Positions 48,871-58,420 of a DNA stretch of 64,000 nucleotides are shown in pieces. The notes under the pieces were generated by a model. That model worked only from the letters and a program-made list of their open reading frames with translations, was not told the DNA's origin and did no database searches. Made by a program: the position numbers and the translations under genes. How positions within the stretch are numbered: position 1 is the first letter of the stretch; each line of letters begins with the position of its first letter. The DNA is from an uncultured delta proteobacterium (lineage in GTDB: Bacteria > Myxococcota_A > Polyangia > Polyangiales > Polyangiaceae), in the NCBI GenBank assembly GCA_963782055.1, contig CAWAIF010000003.1, positions 4,576,001 through 4,640,000 of the forward strand, in the 5' to 3' direction.

Positions 48871-49052
48871 GGCCGGACATGGAAGCATGGTTTGGCCCTC
48901 CACGTGGAGCCCTGGCCGGCGAGTACGGCCATCTGCGGCCTCCGATGCCAGGCTGCCCTCGGGCGTCGGAAGGGACCTCGCCCTCGTGCACGCCGCAGAC
49001 ACGTCCGGCGAGCCGGAGCGGCGACGCGCGCGGCGAAAACGGAAGATCCCTC

Positions 49053-49601
49053 CTACGTCGTCTCGGGTGAGCGATTCGGCGCGACAGCCGGGGACGCATC
49101 GATCGGGGCGTCGTTGCAGACGATGCACCCCGTGTCGTGCAGGTAGACCCGGTGCACGTGGCACACGCCGTGTTCCGGCAGGTCACGTGGAGCCCGTGAG
49201 CCCTCCGGCGCTCGGCCGACCGCGTCAGCCGGGAACGCTTCGACGAGGCGGCGAAGCTGCTCGAGCGCGGCGAACAGACTCTCCTCGCGCGGTGCGAACG
49301 GGAGACGATCCCACCCGTGGCGTCGCAGCGCGGCGTCGATGATGGCCATGACGAACCGCCGCTCCACTTCGATCTCGTCCGCGGTCCACCCCATCTCTTC
49401 GAGGTCGAAGCCGACGCAGCCGAGCCCGGTCCTGGATTGGTCGTGTTCGACCAGCCAGGACACGAACGCCCTCTCCCATGGCGTCGTCGCAAGGTCGCTT
49501 CCTGCGATCGCGAGCACGTCGAGCAGCACGGACGTGAGCCCGTTGCTCATCTGAACCACTGTCGATCCGGCTTGCCGGACGCTGGTGATGGCGTTTGCCA
49601 C
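49053..49601 (-). CDS. Hypothetical protein with C-terminal CxxH...CxxC motif
   Basis: RBS gagagg, GTG start; MSNGLTSV...HDQSRTGLGCVGFDL; CHVH..LHDTGCIVC. Confidence 0.65.
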   Translation of the reverse strand: MANAITSVRQAGSTVVQMSNGLTSVLLDVLAIAGSDLATTPWERAFVSWLVEHDQSRTGLGCVGFDLEEMGWTADEIEVERRFVMAIIDAALRRHGWDRLPFAPREESLFAALEQLRRLVEAFPADAVGRAPEGSRAPRDLPEHGVCHVHRVYLHDTGCIVCNDAPIDASPAVAPNRSPETT

Positions 49602-50027
49602 GAGCCTGTGACCTCTCAAGCACGCAACGGCTGGTACTCGCCGTGCCGGCCCAGCTCCCACCATGAGTCGTCGGCCGCCCGGATGATACCGCCGAACCTG
49701 GCGCCCAGCCAGCGGGCGACCTCGGACGCCAGCACCGGCGCCATCTGCCGCCGCTCGACGTGCGCTCCTCTCGAGCAGGATGGGAAGGGTAGCGCGATCG
49801 GGCGGGGGAAAGTCCATGGATCGCCCCCACACGGAGGCGTGCCGTCCGCTCGCGCGCAAGACGCGGGGCTACCTGGCGATGCCCACGCCGTTGCGCGTCC
49901 GCTGAAGCGCGAGGTGAGCCAGGTGTTGGCGCCGACTTTGCACGCCGCATTCGTTCGCCATGGGGTCGTGGGTCACTTGCCGACCTCGGGCACGCGGTCC
50001 AAATACGAAGCTCGAAGGGAGCCACCC

Positions 50028-50477
50028 ATGGACTCGCGCTTGTTGATGACGCTTCAGGTTGCGGTCGGGAGCGCGCAGAAGGTCGGCGCGGTGCCGTGCG
50101 GCACGCGCGTGATCGCGCCGATCGCGAGCGGGCACTTCGAGGGACCCCGGCTGCGCGGAAGGGTGCTGCCCGGCGGAAGCGACTGGACGCTGCTCCGAGC
50201 GGACGGCGTCCTCGAGCTCGACCTCCGCATCACCCTCGAGACCGACGACGGCGCGCTCATCTCGATGGCGTCCTTCGGGCTTCGCCACGGACCGCCTGAC
50301 GTGATCGCGGCGCTCGCGCGGGGCGAGCCCGTCGACCCGGCGAGCTACTACTTCCGGACGACGCCGCGCTTCGCGACGGGGCACGTGAAGTACGCCTTCC
50401 TGAATCGCCTGCTCGCCGTGTCGAGCGGCGATCGGCGCGCCGAAGGGCCCATCTACACCATCGACGAGCTTCGATGA
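50028..50477 (+). CDS. DUF3237 (UPF0311) family protein
   Basis: GHFEGPRLRGRVLPGGSDW...LETDDGALI...YYFRTTPRFATG...FLN. Confidence 0.85.
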   Translation: MDSRLLMTLQVAVGSAQKVGAVPCGTRVIAPIASGHFEGPRLRGRVLPGGSDWTLLRADGVLELDLRITLETDDGALISMASFGLRHGPPDVIAALARGEPVDPASYYFRTTPRFATGHVKYAFLNRLLAVSSGDRRAEGPIYTIDELR

Positions 50478-50527
50478 GGCGGAGCGCGCCCGCGCCGACG
50501 CTGCACTCTCCAGAGAGGACAACCTCG

Positions 50528-50940
50528 ATGCAATCACGACCTTTGATGACGCTCCGCCTGACGACGGCCCCCACCCAGGACCTCGGCGCCGCGCCCGACG
50601 GCGCGCACGTCATCTTTCCCATCACCGGAGGCTCGTTCGAAGGCGATCGAATGCGCGGCAAGGTGCTGCCGAGCGGGGACGACTGGACGGTCAAGCGCGC
50701 CGACGGCATCGTCGAGCTCGACATGCGCGTCACGCTGGCGACCGACGATGGCGCCCTCGTCTACAATGGCGCTCTCGGGCATCCGTCACGACGCCGCACC
50801 GGGAGCTCCCTACTTTCGAACTCTGCCGCCCTTCGAGACGGCCGCGCCGAGATACGCCTTCTTGAACCGACTGCTCGCCGTCGCGACCGGGAGAGATTCG
50901 CGCCGACGGACCGGTTCACGTGATCGAGGAGCTCCTGTGA
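50528..50940 (+). pseudogene. Second DUF3237 paralog with two +1 frameshifts (50765-50766 and 50889-50891)
   Basis: RBS gagagg; MQSRPLMTL...GSFEG...TDDGALVY, then YFRTLPPFET..YAFLNRLLAV, then GPVHVIEELL in successive frames; stop overlaps next GTG. Confidence 0.78.
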
Positions 50941-52001
50941 TCTCCGCGACGCGACTGCTCGAGCGCCTGGAGATCGACGCGCCCATCATCCAGGCGCCGA
51001 TGGCCGGGGTCTCGACGCCCGAACTGGCGGCGGCGGTCTCGAACGCGGGCGCGCTCGGGTCCATCGGCGTCGGCGCGACGGATGCGGCGGGCGCGCGGAA
51101 GATGATCGCGGCGTTTCGCGCGCTCTCGAGCCGCTCGCTGAACGTGAACGTCTTTTGCCACGCGCCCGCCCGCCCCGACGCCACGCGCGAATCGCGCTGG
51201 CTCGAGCTCCTCGGCCCGGAGTTCGCGCGCGTCGGGGCGACGCCCCCCGAAACGCTGAAGGAGATCTACCGCAGCTTCGTGGAGGACGACACCATGCTCG
51301 CGATGCTCCTCGCCGAGCGGCCGAAGGTCGTGAGCTTCCACTTCGGCCTCCCGTCGCGCGAGCGGATCGCGGCGCTGCGCGAGGCGGGAATCGTCTTGCT
51401 CGCCACCGCGACGAACGTCGACGAGGCGCGCGCGGTCGCGGCGACCGGCGTGGACGCGGTGGTCGCCCAGGGATACGAGGCCGGCGGACACCGCGGGGTC
51501 TTCGATCCGCGCGCCGACGACGACAGGCTCGGCACATTCGCGCTCACGCGGCTCCTCGCTCGCGAGACGGAGCTGCCCGTCGTCGCCGCGGGCGGGATCA
51601 TGGACGGCGCGGGCATCGCGGCGGCGCTCCGGCTCGGCGCGAGCGCGGCGCAGCTCGGCACGGCGTTCGTCGCGTGCGACGAGGCGTCGATCGACGCCGG
51701 GTACCGCGCGGCCCTGGAGAGCGAGGCCGCGCACCACACCGTGATGACGCGCGCCATCTCCGGTCGTCCGGCGCGGAGCCTGGCGAATCGCTTCACCGCG
51801 CTCGGCCGGCGGGTCGCGCCGAGCGACGTGCCCGACTACCCCATCGCCTACGACGCCGGAAAGGCCCTGCACGCAGCCGGCAAGGCGAAGGGCGAGTTCG
51901 GCTTCGGGGCGCAGTGGGCCGGCCAGGGCGCGCCGCTCTCTCGACCCATGCCCGCCAAGGAGCTCGTCGCGTGCCTGCGACGCGAGCTCCGAGACGCGTA
52001 G
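50937..52001 (+). CDS. Nitronate monooxygenase family flavoprotein
   Basis: PIIQAPMAG, VSNAGALG, VSFHFG, AQGYEAGGHRG, AAGGIMDG, AQWAGQ. Confidence 0.9.
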   Translation: MISATRLLERLEIDAPIIQAPMAGVSTPELAAAVSNAGALGSIGVGATDAAGARKMIAAFRALSSRSLNVNVFCHAPARPDATRESRWLELLGPEFARVGATPPETLKEIYRSFVEDDTMLAMLLAERPKVVSFHFGLPSRERIAALREAGIVLLATATNVDEARAVAATGVDAVVAQGYEAGGHRGVFDPRADDDRLGTFALTRLLARETELPVVAAGGIMDGAGIAAALRLGASAAQLGTAFVACDEASIDAGYRAALESEAAHHTVMTRAISGRPARSLANRFTALGRRVAPSDVPDYPIAYDAGKALHAAGKAKGEFGFGAQWAGQGAPLSRPMPAKELVACLRRELRDA

Positions 52002-52144
52002 GGCGTGCCGCTCGCGAATCCGTCCATCGAAGTCGACGCGTCGGTCGATGCTCCTACAGACCGTGGCGTGGGCCTCGACAGGTCAGAGTCTCCGCTGGCG
52101 GGTGCGGCGGTAGAGGCCCCGCCATCGCGTCTGCCCGCACCGCC

Positions 52145-53851
52145 TCATCCCACCCCCACCGACTCGCTGAGCACGCGGTGGACGAGCTGGATGCACACCG
52201 AGCCTTCGCCGACGGCGGACGCGACGCGCTTCAAGCTGTTGGCGCGCACGTCGCCCACCGCGAACACGCGCGGCTGGCTCGTCTCGAACAGGTAGGGCGC
52301 GCGCTCGAGCGGCCACGCGCGCTCCGGGCCCGGCGCGCCCGGCCCGGTGGCGCCGGCCGCGGCCACGCCGAGGTCCCCGCCCGTGATGATGAATCCGCGC
52401 GCGTCGAGCTCGACGCAGCCGCGCAGCCACTCGGTGTTGGGCTTCGCGCCGGCCATCGTGAAGACGTGACGCACCCGGACGGTCTTCGTCTCGCCGGCGA
52501 CGTCGTCCCGCCACGTCACCTTCTCGAGGTGCTCGCCGCCCTCGAGCGCCACGACCTGCGTGCGCCGGCGCAGCGTGATGTTGGGCGTCTCCTCGATGCG
52601 GCGAACGAGATAGCGCGACATGCTCTCCGCCAGATCCGGCCCGCGAATGAGCATGTGAACATGCCGCGAGACGCGCGCCAGGAACGTGGCTGCCTGGCCT
52701 GCGGAGTTTCCGCCGCCCACCACGATGATCTCCTCCGCGCCGCAGCGTTGCGCCTCGATCTGCGTGGCCGCGTAGTACACGCCGACGCCCTCGAAACGCG
52801 CGAGATCGGGCACGTCGAGCTTGCGGTATTGCGCGCCCGTCGCGATGACGACGGCGCGCGCGCGGATCGAGTCACCGCTCTGCAGCTCGATGCGCATGGG
52901 CGTCTCTTCGCAGTAGAGTCGCTCGGCGCCGCGCGCGACGGCGATCTGCGCGCCGAACTTCTCGGCCTGCGCGAGCGCTCGCGCCGCCAGCGCCTCGCCG
53001 GACACGCCCGTCGGAAAGCCGAGGTAGTTCTCGATCTTCGAGCTGGACGCGGCCTGCCCGCCGGGTGCCCCCGCCTCGACGACCAGCACGTCGAGGCCTT
53101 CGGAGGCTCCATACACGGCCGACGCGAGCCCGCCCGGTCCGGCGCCGCAGATGACGACGTCGCGCACGGCGTCTTGCGCGAGCGCCTTGCTGTTCAAGCC
53201 GAGGCAGTCGGCCACCTCGACATCGGTGGGGTTTCGCAGGACGATCTCGCCGCGGCAGATGACGATGGGGATGTCGCTCGCGTCGACGCGGAACTCGTCG
53301 AGCAGCGCCTGTACGTCCGGATCTCGGTCGACGTCGACGTAGCGGTAGGGGTGGCCATTGCCATGCAAGAAGGCCTGGAGGCGGGGTGTCGCCGCGGAGT
53401 CACGCGAGCCAATCAGGACGACGTCGCCAAAGCCGTTCGCGAGCAAGCCGAGCCGCCGCAGGATGAAGGCGCGCATGATGAGCTCGCTCAGCTCGGCGTC
53501 GGTCTGGATGATGGTCTGGAAGTGAGCCTGGTCGAAGCGCAGCACGCGCAAGGCAGTGCGCGCGCGCCCGCGCACGAGCGCGCGGCGGTGCGTCAGAAGG
53601 TTCGCCTCGCCGGTGAAGTCGTTTCGGTGGTGGATGATGACGGGATCTTCGACCGTGCCGTGCGCGTACACGACCTCGAGCTCGCCTTCGACCACGACGT
53701 AGAAGGGCACGTCCACGTCGCCTTGTTCCCACACCGTCGCGCCCATGGCGAACGACTGCAGCACGCCGGACGGGGCGATGCGCGCGACCTGGGTGTCGCT
53801 CATCGCGGGGAACATCTGGGCGCGGCGCGTCTTGAAGGGGTCCTCGACCAT
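52145..53851 (-). CDS. cNMP-binding domain + thioredoxin reductase-like FAD oxidoreductase lacking CxxC
   Basis: N-terminal cNMP fold; GAGPGG, IENYLGFPTG, GGGNSAGQ, FAVGDVR; GVYYAAT at the usual CxxC position. Confidence 0.88.
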   Translation of the reverse strand: MVEDPFKTRRAQMFPAMSDTQVARIAPSGVLQSFAMGATVWEQGDVDVPFYVVVEGELEVVYAHGTVEDPVIIHHRNDFTGEANLLTHRRALVRGRARTALRVLRFDQAHFQTIIQTDAELSELIMRAFILRRLGLLANGFGDVVLIGSRDSAATPRLQAFLHGNGHPYRYVDVDRDPDVQALLDEFRVDASDIPIVICRGEIVLRNPTDVEVADCLGLNSKALAQDAVRDVVICGAGPGGLASAVYGASEGLDVLVVEAGAPGGQAASSSKIENYLGFPTGVSGEALAARALAQAEKFGAQIAVARGAERLYCEETPMRIELQSGDSIRARAVVIATGAQYRKLDVPDLARFEGVGVYYAATQIEAQRCGAEEIIVVGGGNSAGQAATFLARVSRHVHMLIRGPDLAESMSRYLVRRIEETPNITLRRRTQVVALEGGEHLEKVTWRDDVAGETKTVRVRHVFTMAGAKPNTEWLRGCVELDARGFIITGGDLGVAAAGATGPGAPGPERAWPLERAPYLFETSQPRVFAVGDVRANSLKRVASAVGEGSVCIQLVHRVLSESVGVG

Positions 53852-53960
53852 GGCGGTACTGTAAGCCGGCTCGTGGAGCTCGGCTCGTCGACTGGGAGGA
53901 GGCCGGACTGCCGCTCGAGGGCGGCCGGGCGCGTGGACGCCCGAAGGCGTGAGGCCGCCG

Positions 53961-54245
53961 CTACTCGGTGACCACTTCTCCGCCCGGAAGCTCCAGGAAC
54001 GCCTCGTCGACGTAGCACCAGCCCCAGTCCTCGCCCGGCTCGAAGGACTGGATGATGGGGTGCTTGGTCGAGTGGAAGTGGGCCGTCGCGTGCTTTCCCG
54101 GCGACGAGTCGCAGCAGCCGACGTGCCCGCACGTGAGGCACAAGCGCAGGTGAACCCACTGCATGCCGAGGGCGAGACACTCCTTGCAGCCGCGCCCGCT
54201 GGGCGTGACGGCGGCCTTCACTACACCGATGTGAGGATCGCGCAT
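53961..54245 (-). CDS. UBP-type zinc finger protein
   Basis: CKEC...WVHLRLCLTCGHVGCCDSS..HATAHF...HP...SFEPGEDWGWCYVD. Confidence 0.9.
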   Translation of the reverse strand: MRDPHIGVVKAAVTPSGRGCKECLALGMQWVHLRLCLTCGHVGCCDSSPGKHATAHFHSTKHPIIQSFEPGEDWGWCYVDEAFLELPGGEVVTE

Positions 54246-54302
54246 GTCCCGAGGCTAATCGAGCGACGCGTGTGCGCCACTCCTTTGTCAGCTCGCTCCA
54301 TC

Positions 54303-54446
54303 ATGAGAGAGCTGGTCTTTCGCTCGCACCGATGGGGCCTCTTCCAGTTCGCGCCGACCTACGGCGGCGGAGGAGCGACCTTCACGCCGCCGCCGCAGCA
54401 GCAGTACATCTGGATCGACCACGTCTACGTCAGCGGCGGCAACTGA
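54303..54446 (+). pseudogene. Probable C-terminal gene remnant (beta-sandwich / polysaccharide-lyase-like)
   Basis: Protein-like codons reading LVFR...FAPTYGGGG...QYIWIDHVYVSG-stop with no plausible N-terminal part. Confidence 0.35.
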
Positions 54447-54699
54447 CGATGGACGAGCCCGCACGGCCACCACGCGTACTACCGCAGCGCGAAACCCGGA
54501 CCGACACCCCGGGCTGCGCCGGCAGTGAGGAGGCGCGCGCATCTTCGCGCTCACCGGCGCGCGACCCCGGGTGCTAGCTTCGAGCGCATGCCCCGCTCGG
54601 TGATCGCCCAGGTGAGGACCATGCACGACCTGCGTGGCTTCGCGCTGCGGATGGGCCGAGCAGCCACCCACGCCTGGCGCGCCTCGCGATAAGAAACCG

Positions 54700-56592
54700 A
54701 TGGCGGAGGAGCATTCCACGTCCGGCGCCGCCTTGCGTCTCCGGCGTCCGATCGATGCCGCGCGCGACCACGTCCGCGGGGATCCGGCGGCGCAGGGCGT
54801 GGTCTCGGTCGTGGCGTACGCCGACTTCCTCTGCCCGTATTGCCGGCGGCTCCGGCAGGTGCTCCTGCGCCTTCGCGACGCGCTGGGCGACCGGCTCGTC
54901 TACGTCTTCCGGCACTTCCCCAACGAGCGGGCGCACCCGGGCGCAGGGCAGATCGCGCGCGCGGCGGAGGCGGCCGCGCTCCAGGGGCGCTTCTGGGACA
55001 TGCACGACTGGATCTACGAGCGCGAGATCCCCCCGAGCGAGGCGGAGGTGCTGGAGCACGCTCGCTCCCTCGAGCTGGACATGGATCGCTTCATGCTCGA
55101 CCTGGAGAGCCCACGGATGCGCGAGCGCGTGGACGAGGACCTCTCCGACGGGCGCCACAACGGCGTGACCGGGACGCCCACCCTCTTCGTCGACGGCCTG
55201 CGCTACGACGGCGCCTGGGACTTCTACTCTCTCCTGGAGGAGCTGGATCGCCCGGTCGCCGCGCGCGTGCAGCGGTCCGCGCGCACCTTCGCCGCGCTTC
55301 CGGCCTCCGGCGGGCTGATGCTCTTGCTCGCGGCGATCGCCGCGCTCGTCTGCGCCAACACGCCCATCGCGCCGCATTATCAGGCCGTCATCGACTCCCC
55401 CTTCGGCATCGGTCCGCCCGGCGGGACCCTGTCCCTCAGCGTCGGCGAGTGGTGCTCGGAGGGTCTGCTCGCCATCTTCTTCCTCCTCGTCGGTCTGGAG
55501 ATCCGGCGGGAGCTGACGGCCGGCGCGCTCGCCGATCGCCGCGTCGCCATCTTGCCCGTCGTGGCCGCGGTGGGCGGCGTGCTGGCTCCGGCGGGGATCT
55601 ATCTCGCGCTCAACCACGGACCGACCGCTCACGGGTGGTCCATCCCGACCGCGACCGACATCGCCTTCACGCTGGGCATCCTCGCGCTGCTCGGCAAGCG
55701 CATCCCGCCCGGGCTGCGCGTCTTCGTGGCCGCGCTCGCGGTGGTGGACGACGTGCTCTCGGTGCTGACGCTCGCCGTCTTCTACCCGACGGCCTTGCAC
55801 CTGTCGTGGCTGATCGCCGCCGGCGGCGCCCTCGTGCTCCTCCTCGTGCTCAACCGCTGGCGGGTGTACCGCACCTGGCCGTACCTCGCCGCCGCGGCGC
55901 TGCTCTGGCTCGCGCTCCACGCCGCCGGCGTCCACGCGGCGCTCGCCGGCATCGCCCTCGCCATCTTCCTGCCGACGCGGCCCGCGCCCGCCGCCGGACC
56001 GCTGCTCGCCCAGGCGGCGACCGCGCTGGCGGAGCTGGAGCACGCCGAGAGCGAGGCGAAGCGCGACGGCAAGGACACGCGGCAGGAGCCGGTGTGGGAC
56101 TGGGCGAGCCGCAACCTCACCGCGGCGAGCGATCGGCTGCTCTCCCCGGCCGACCGAATCGAGACGCGCGTCGCGCCGTGGAGCGCCTTCGTCATCCTCC
56201 CGCTCTTCGCGCTCTCCGCCACCGGCGTGCGGCTGCACCTGCCGCTCTCCGCGCCGGGCGCCACGTCGGTGCTCGCGGGCATCGTGCTCGGCCTCGTGCT
56301 GGGCAAGCCGCTCGGGATCGCCGCGGCCTCCTTTCTCGCCGTCAAGACGCGGCTCGCCACCGCCCCGGCGGACGTCACCCTGCGGCAGTTTGCCGGCGCC
56401 GCGTGCCTCTGCGGCGTGGCGGACACCGTCTCCCTGCTCATGGTCGGGCGCGCCTTCCCGCCCGGCGACGACGCCGACATCGCCAAGATCGCGGTGCTCG
56501 CAGGCTCGGCGCTGGCCGCCACGCTCGGGACCGCGGTCTTGCTCACGGCCCGCGGCGAGCCGGCGCGAGCCGATACGCGCGGGTTAGCGTAG
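54700..56592 (+). CDS. nhaA: N-terminal DsbA/thioredoxin domain fused to Na+/H+ antiporter NhaA
   Basis: YADFLCPYC, FRHFP, GVTGTPT; then FFLLVGLEIRRE, PTATDIAF, AVVDD, GVHA, GKPLGI. Confidence 0.88.
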   Translation: MAEEHSTSGAALRLRRPIDAARDHVRGDPAAQGVVSVVAYADFLCPYCRRLRQVLLRLRDALGDRLVYVFRHFPNERAHPGAGQIARAAEAAALQGRFWDMHDWIYEREIPPSEAEVLEHARSLELDMDRFMLDLESPRMRERVDEDLSDGRHNGVTGTPTLFVDGLRYDGAWDFYSLLEELDRPVAARVQRSARTFAALPASGGLMLLLAAIAALVCANTPIAPHYQAVIDSPFGIGPPGGTLSLSVGEWCSEGLLAIFFLLVGLEIRRELTAGALADRRVAILPVVAAVGGVLAPAGIYLALNHGPTAHGWSIPTATDIAFTLGILALLGKRIPPGLRVFVAALAVVDDVLSVLTLAVFYPTALHLSWLIAAGGALVLLLVLNRWRVYRTWPYLAAAALLWLALHAAGVHAALAGIALAIFLPTRPAPAAGPLLAQAATALAELEHAESEAKRDGKDTRQEPVWDWASRNLTAASDRLLSPADRIETRVAPWSAFVILPLFALSATGVRLHLPLSAPGATSVLAGIVLGLVLGKPLGIAAASFLAVKTRLATAPADVTLRQFAGAACLCGVADTVSLLMVGRAFPPGDDADIAKIAVLAGSALAATLGTAVLLTARGEPARADTRGLA

Positions 56593-56601
56593 GCTGCGAG
56601 C

Positions 56602-57315
56602 ATGTCCGAGCATCCCCCCGCCCTACCACACGCGCCGCTCCAGGAGATCGCCGACGGCGTGTACTCGGTGCGCGGGTCGGTCCGGATCACCGGGCTCATC
56701 CGCATCATGCGCAACATGGTGGTCGTGCGCGACGGCGACGACCTCACCGTGATCTCCGCGGTGCGCCTCTCGCCGGAGGGCGAGGCGGAGCTGGAGAAGC
56801 TCGGCAAGGTGCGTCACGTCGTCAAGATCGGCGCCTTTCACGGGATGGACGACGCGTATTACCTGGAGCGCTTCGGGGCGGCGTACTGGGCGCTGCCCGG
56901 CGGCGCGCGCAAGCACGATCCCAAGCCGGACCACGAGCTCGGGGAGGGCTCGCTCCCCTTCCCCGACGCCGAGCTCTTCGCCTTCCAGAAGACCGTGCAG
57001 AAGGAGGCTGCGCTGCTGGTCCGGCGCGCCGGCGGCATCCTCGTCACCTGCGACGCGGCGCAGGCTTGGAGCGACACCCGGGGCTGCAGCGTCGCGGCGA
57101 AGGTGATGATCCCCCTGCTCGGCTTCACCCGGCGGCCGGCGGTGATCGGCCCGCCCTGGCGCAAGGCCATGACGCCGGAGGGCGGCACCCTGCGCGAGGA
57201 CTTCGACCGCCTCGCTTCCTTGGAGTTCGCGCACATGATCGGCGCGCACGGCGGCCTGCTCCGCGACGTCGCGAAGCGCGAGCTCACAGCCGCCGTCGCC
57301 GCCACCTTCGGGTGA
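56602..57315 (+). CDS. Hypothetical metallo-beta-lactamase-fold-like protein
   Basis: RNMVVVR, GKVRHVVKIGAFHGMDD, LVTCD, IGAHG. Confidence 0.6.
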   Translation: MSEHPPALPHAPLQEIADGVYSVRGSVRITGLIRIMRNMVVVRDGDDLTVISAVRLSPEGEAELEKLGKVRHVVKIGAFHGMDDAYYLERFGAAYWALPGGARKHDPKPDHELGEGSLPFPDAELFAFQKTVQKEAALLVRRAGGILVTCDAAQAWSDTRGCSVAAKVMIPLLGFTRRPAVIGPPWRKAMTPEGGTLREDFDRLASLEFAHMIGAHGGLLRDVAKRELTAAVAATFG

Positions 57316-57379
57316 GGTCAGGCCAGTTCGTCCAGTGGGGCTTCGGAGGCGCGGCATCATCGACCACGTCTGCCGCCGG

Positions 57380-58321
57380 TCACGGCAAGGAGGCGCCGGC
57401 GCCGCCGTCGTAGAGCGCGCCGACCTCCTGCGAGCTCAGCGCGCGGTTCCACACGCCGACCTGATCGATGCTGCCGACGAACGTGGAGCCGTTCGCCTTC
57501 GCGCCGATCTCGCCGCTCGGTGAGCTGCCGTAGTCGATCGACTGGTTCGCGCACGCCGAGCTCTTCTGGAGCGTGCCGTCGACGTAGATGGAGATGTCGG
57601 CCCCGGTGTAGACGCCGGCGACGTGGTGCCACGCGCCGTCGCGCAGGTTCGTGGTCCCCTGCGCCCAGCAGCTCCCCCACCCGTTGGAGCCTTCCTTGAC
57701 GATGAAGCTGGCGACGCCCTGCCCGCTCTGGTTGAACAGGTAGAGGTTGTAGCCGGTGAGGCCGGTGCTGTCGCTCTTCGTGACGATCTGCGGGTAGGCG
57801 CCCTGCGAGATGCTCGCGTGGATCCACGCGGCGGCGCTCATCGCCGCCTGGGGCTGCGGTGCGCTCGCACCGAGCACCACGTAGCCGGCGCTGAGACCGA
57901 CCGCGTTGCCGAGCACGCCCGCGACACCGAAGGTGACACCCGACGTCGACGCCGTGCCGTGATCTCCCTGACCCGATTCGTCGGCGAAGTCCGCGCCGCC
58001 GGGCGCGGTGCCGGCCTTCGTCTCCTCCAGGTTCCAGAGGCCGAGGAGGTCCGTGTCCAGGCTGCCCGCGTCGTGCCCGGCGTCGACGACGTCCGGCGGT
58101 GCGTCGAGCGGCGCGTCGATGGCCGCGTCGGCCGTGGCGTCGGCGAGCGCGTCGGCGTGGGCGTCGGTGGCGGCGCCCGTGTCGGCCTGCGTGACCACGT
58201 CGCTGCCCGCGTCGGGGGCGCCCCCGTCGGATCCGGCATCGTCGACCCCGATCACGTGCGCGCACGCCGCGAGGATCCCACACGCGACGGCGACCACGAC
58301 GCTCGGGGTGCGAGTGCTCAT
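57380..58321 (-). CDS. LamG / concanavalin-A-like lectin domain lipoprotein
   Basis: Lipobox LAAC, DAG linker; LLGLWNLEE, WHHVAGVY, IYVDG, FVGSIDQVGVWNRALS. Confidence 0.85.
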   Translation of the reverse strand: MSTRTPSVVVAVACGILAACAHVIGVDDAGSDGGAPDAGSDVVTQADTGAATDAHADALADATADAAIDAPLDAPPDVVDAGHDAGSLDTDLLGLWNLEETKAGTAPGGADFADESGQGDHGTASTSGVTFGVAGVLGNAVGLSAGYVVLGASAPQPQAAMSAAAWIHASISQGAYPQIVTKSDSTGLTGYNLYLFNQSGQGVASFIVKEGSNGWGSCWAQGTTNLRDGAWHHVAGVYTGADISIYVDGTLQKSSACANQSIDYGSSPSGEIGAKANGSTFVGSIDQVGVWNRALSSQEVGALYDGGAGASLP

Positions 58322-58329
58322 GGCGTATG

Positions 58330-58356
58330 AGTGCTCGCTCGCGCGGCTAGCCGTCA
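58330..58356 (-). promoter_or_regulatory. Putative ECF promoter TGACGG-N17-CACT for LamG gene (leaderless)
   Basis: Same motif and 17-nt spacer as at 59508 and 60912; -10 element ends 8 nt before ATG. Confidence 0.6.
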
Positions 58357-58420
58357 TTACATCGCGTTACACGCGCGGTGACCGGTCCTTTTGGACCGCG
58401 GGCGCACTAAAGTGAGCGGG

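Noticed and set aside
54414..57371. 13-bp match atcgaccacgtct near 54414 and 57359 as possible target-site repeats around nhaA
   Set aside because: Short, common codon string (IDHV) in GC-rich DNA; no mobility gene; likely chance
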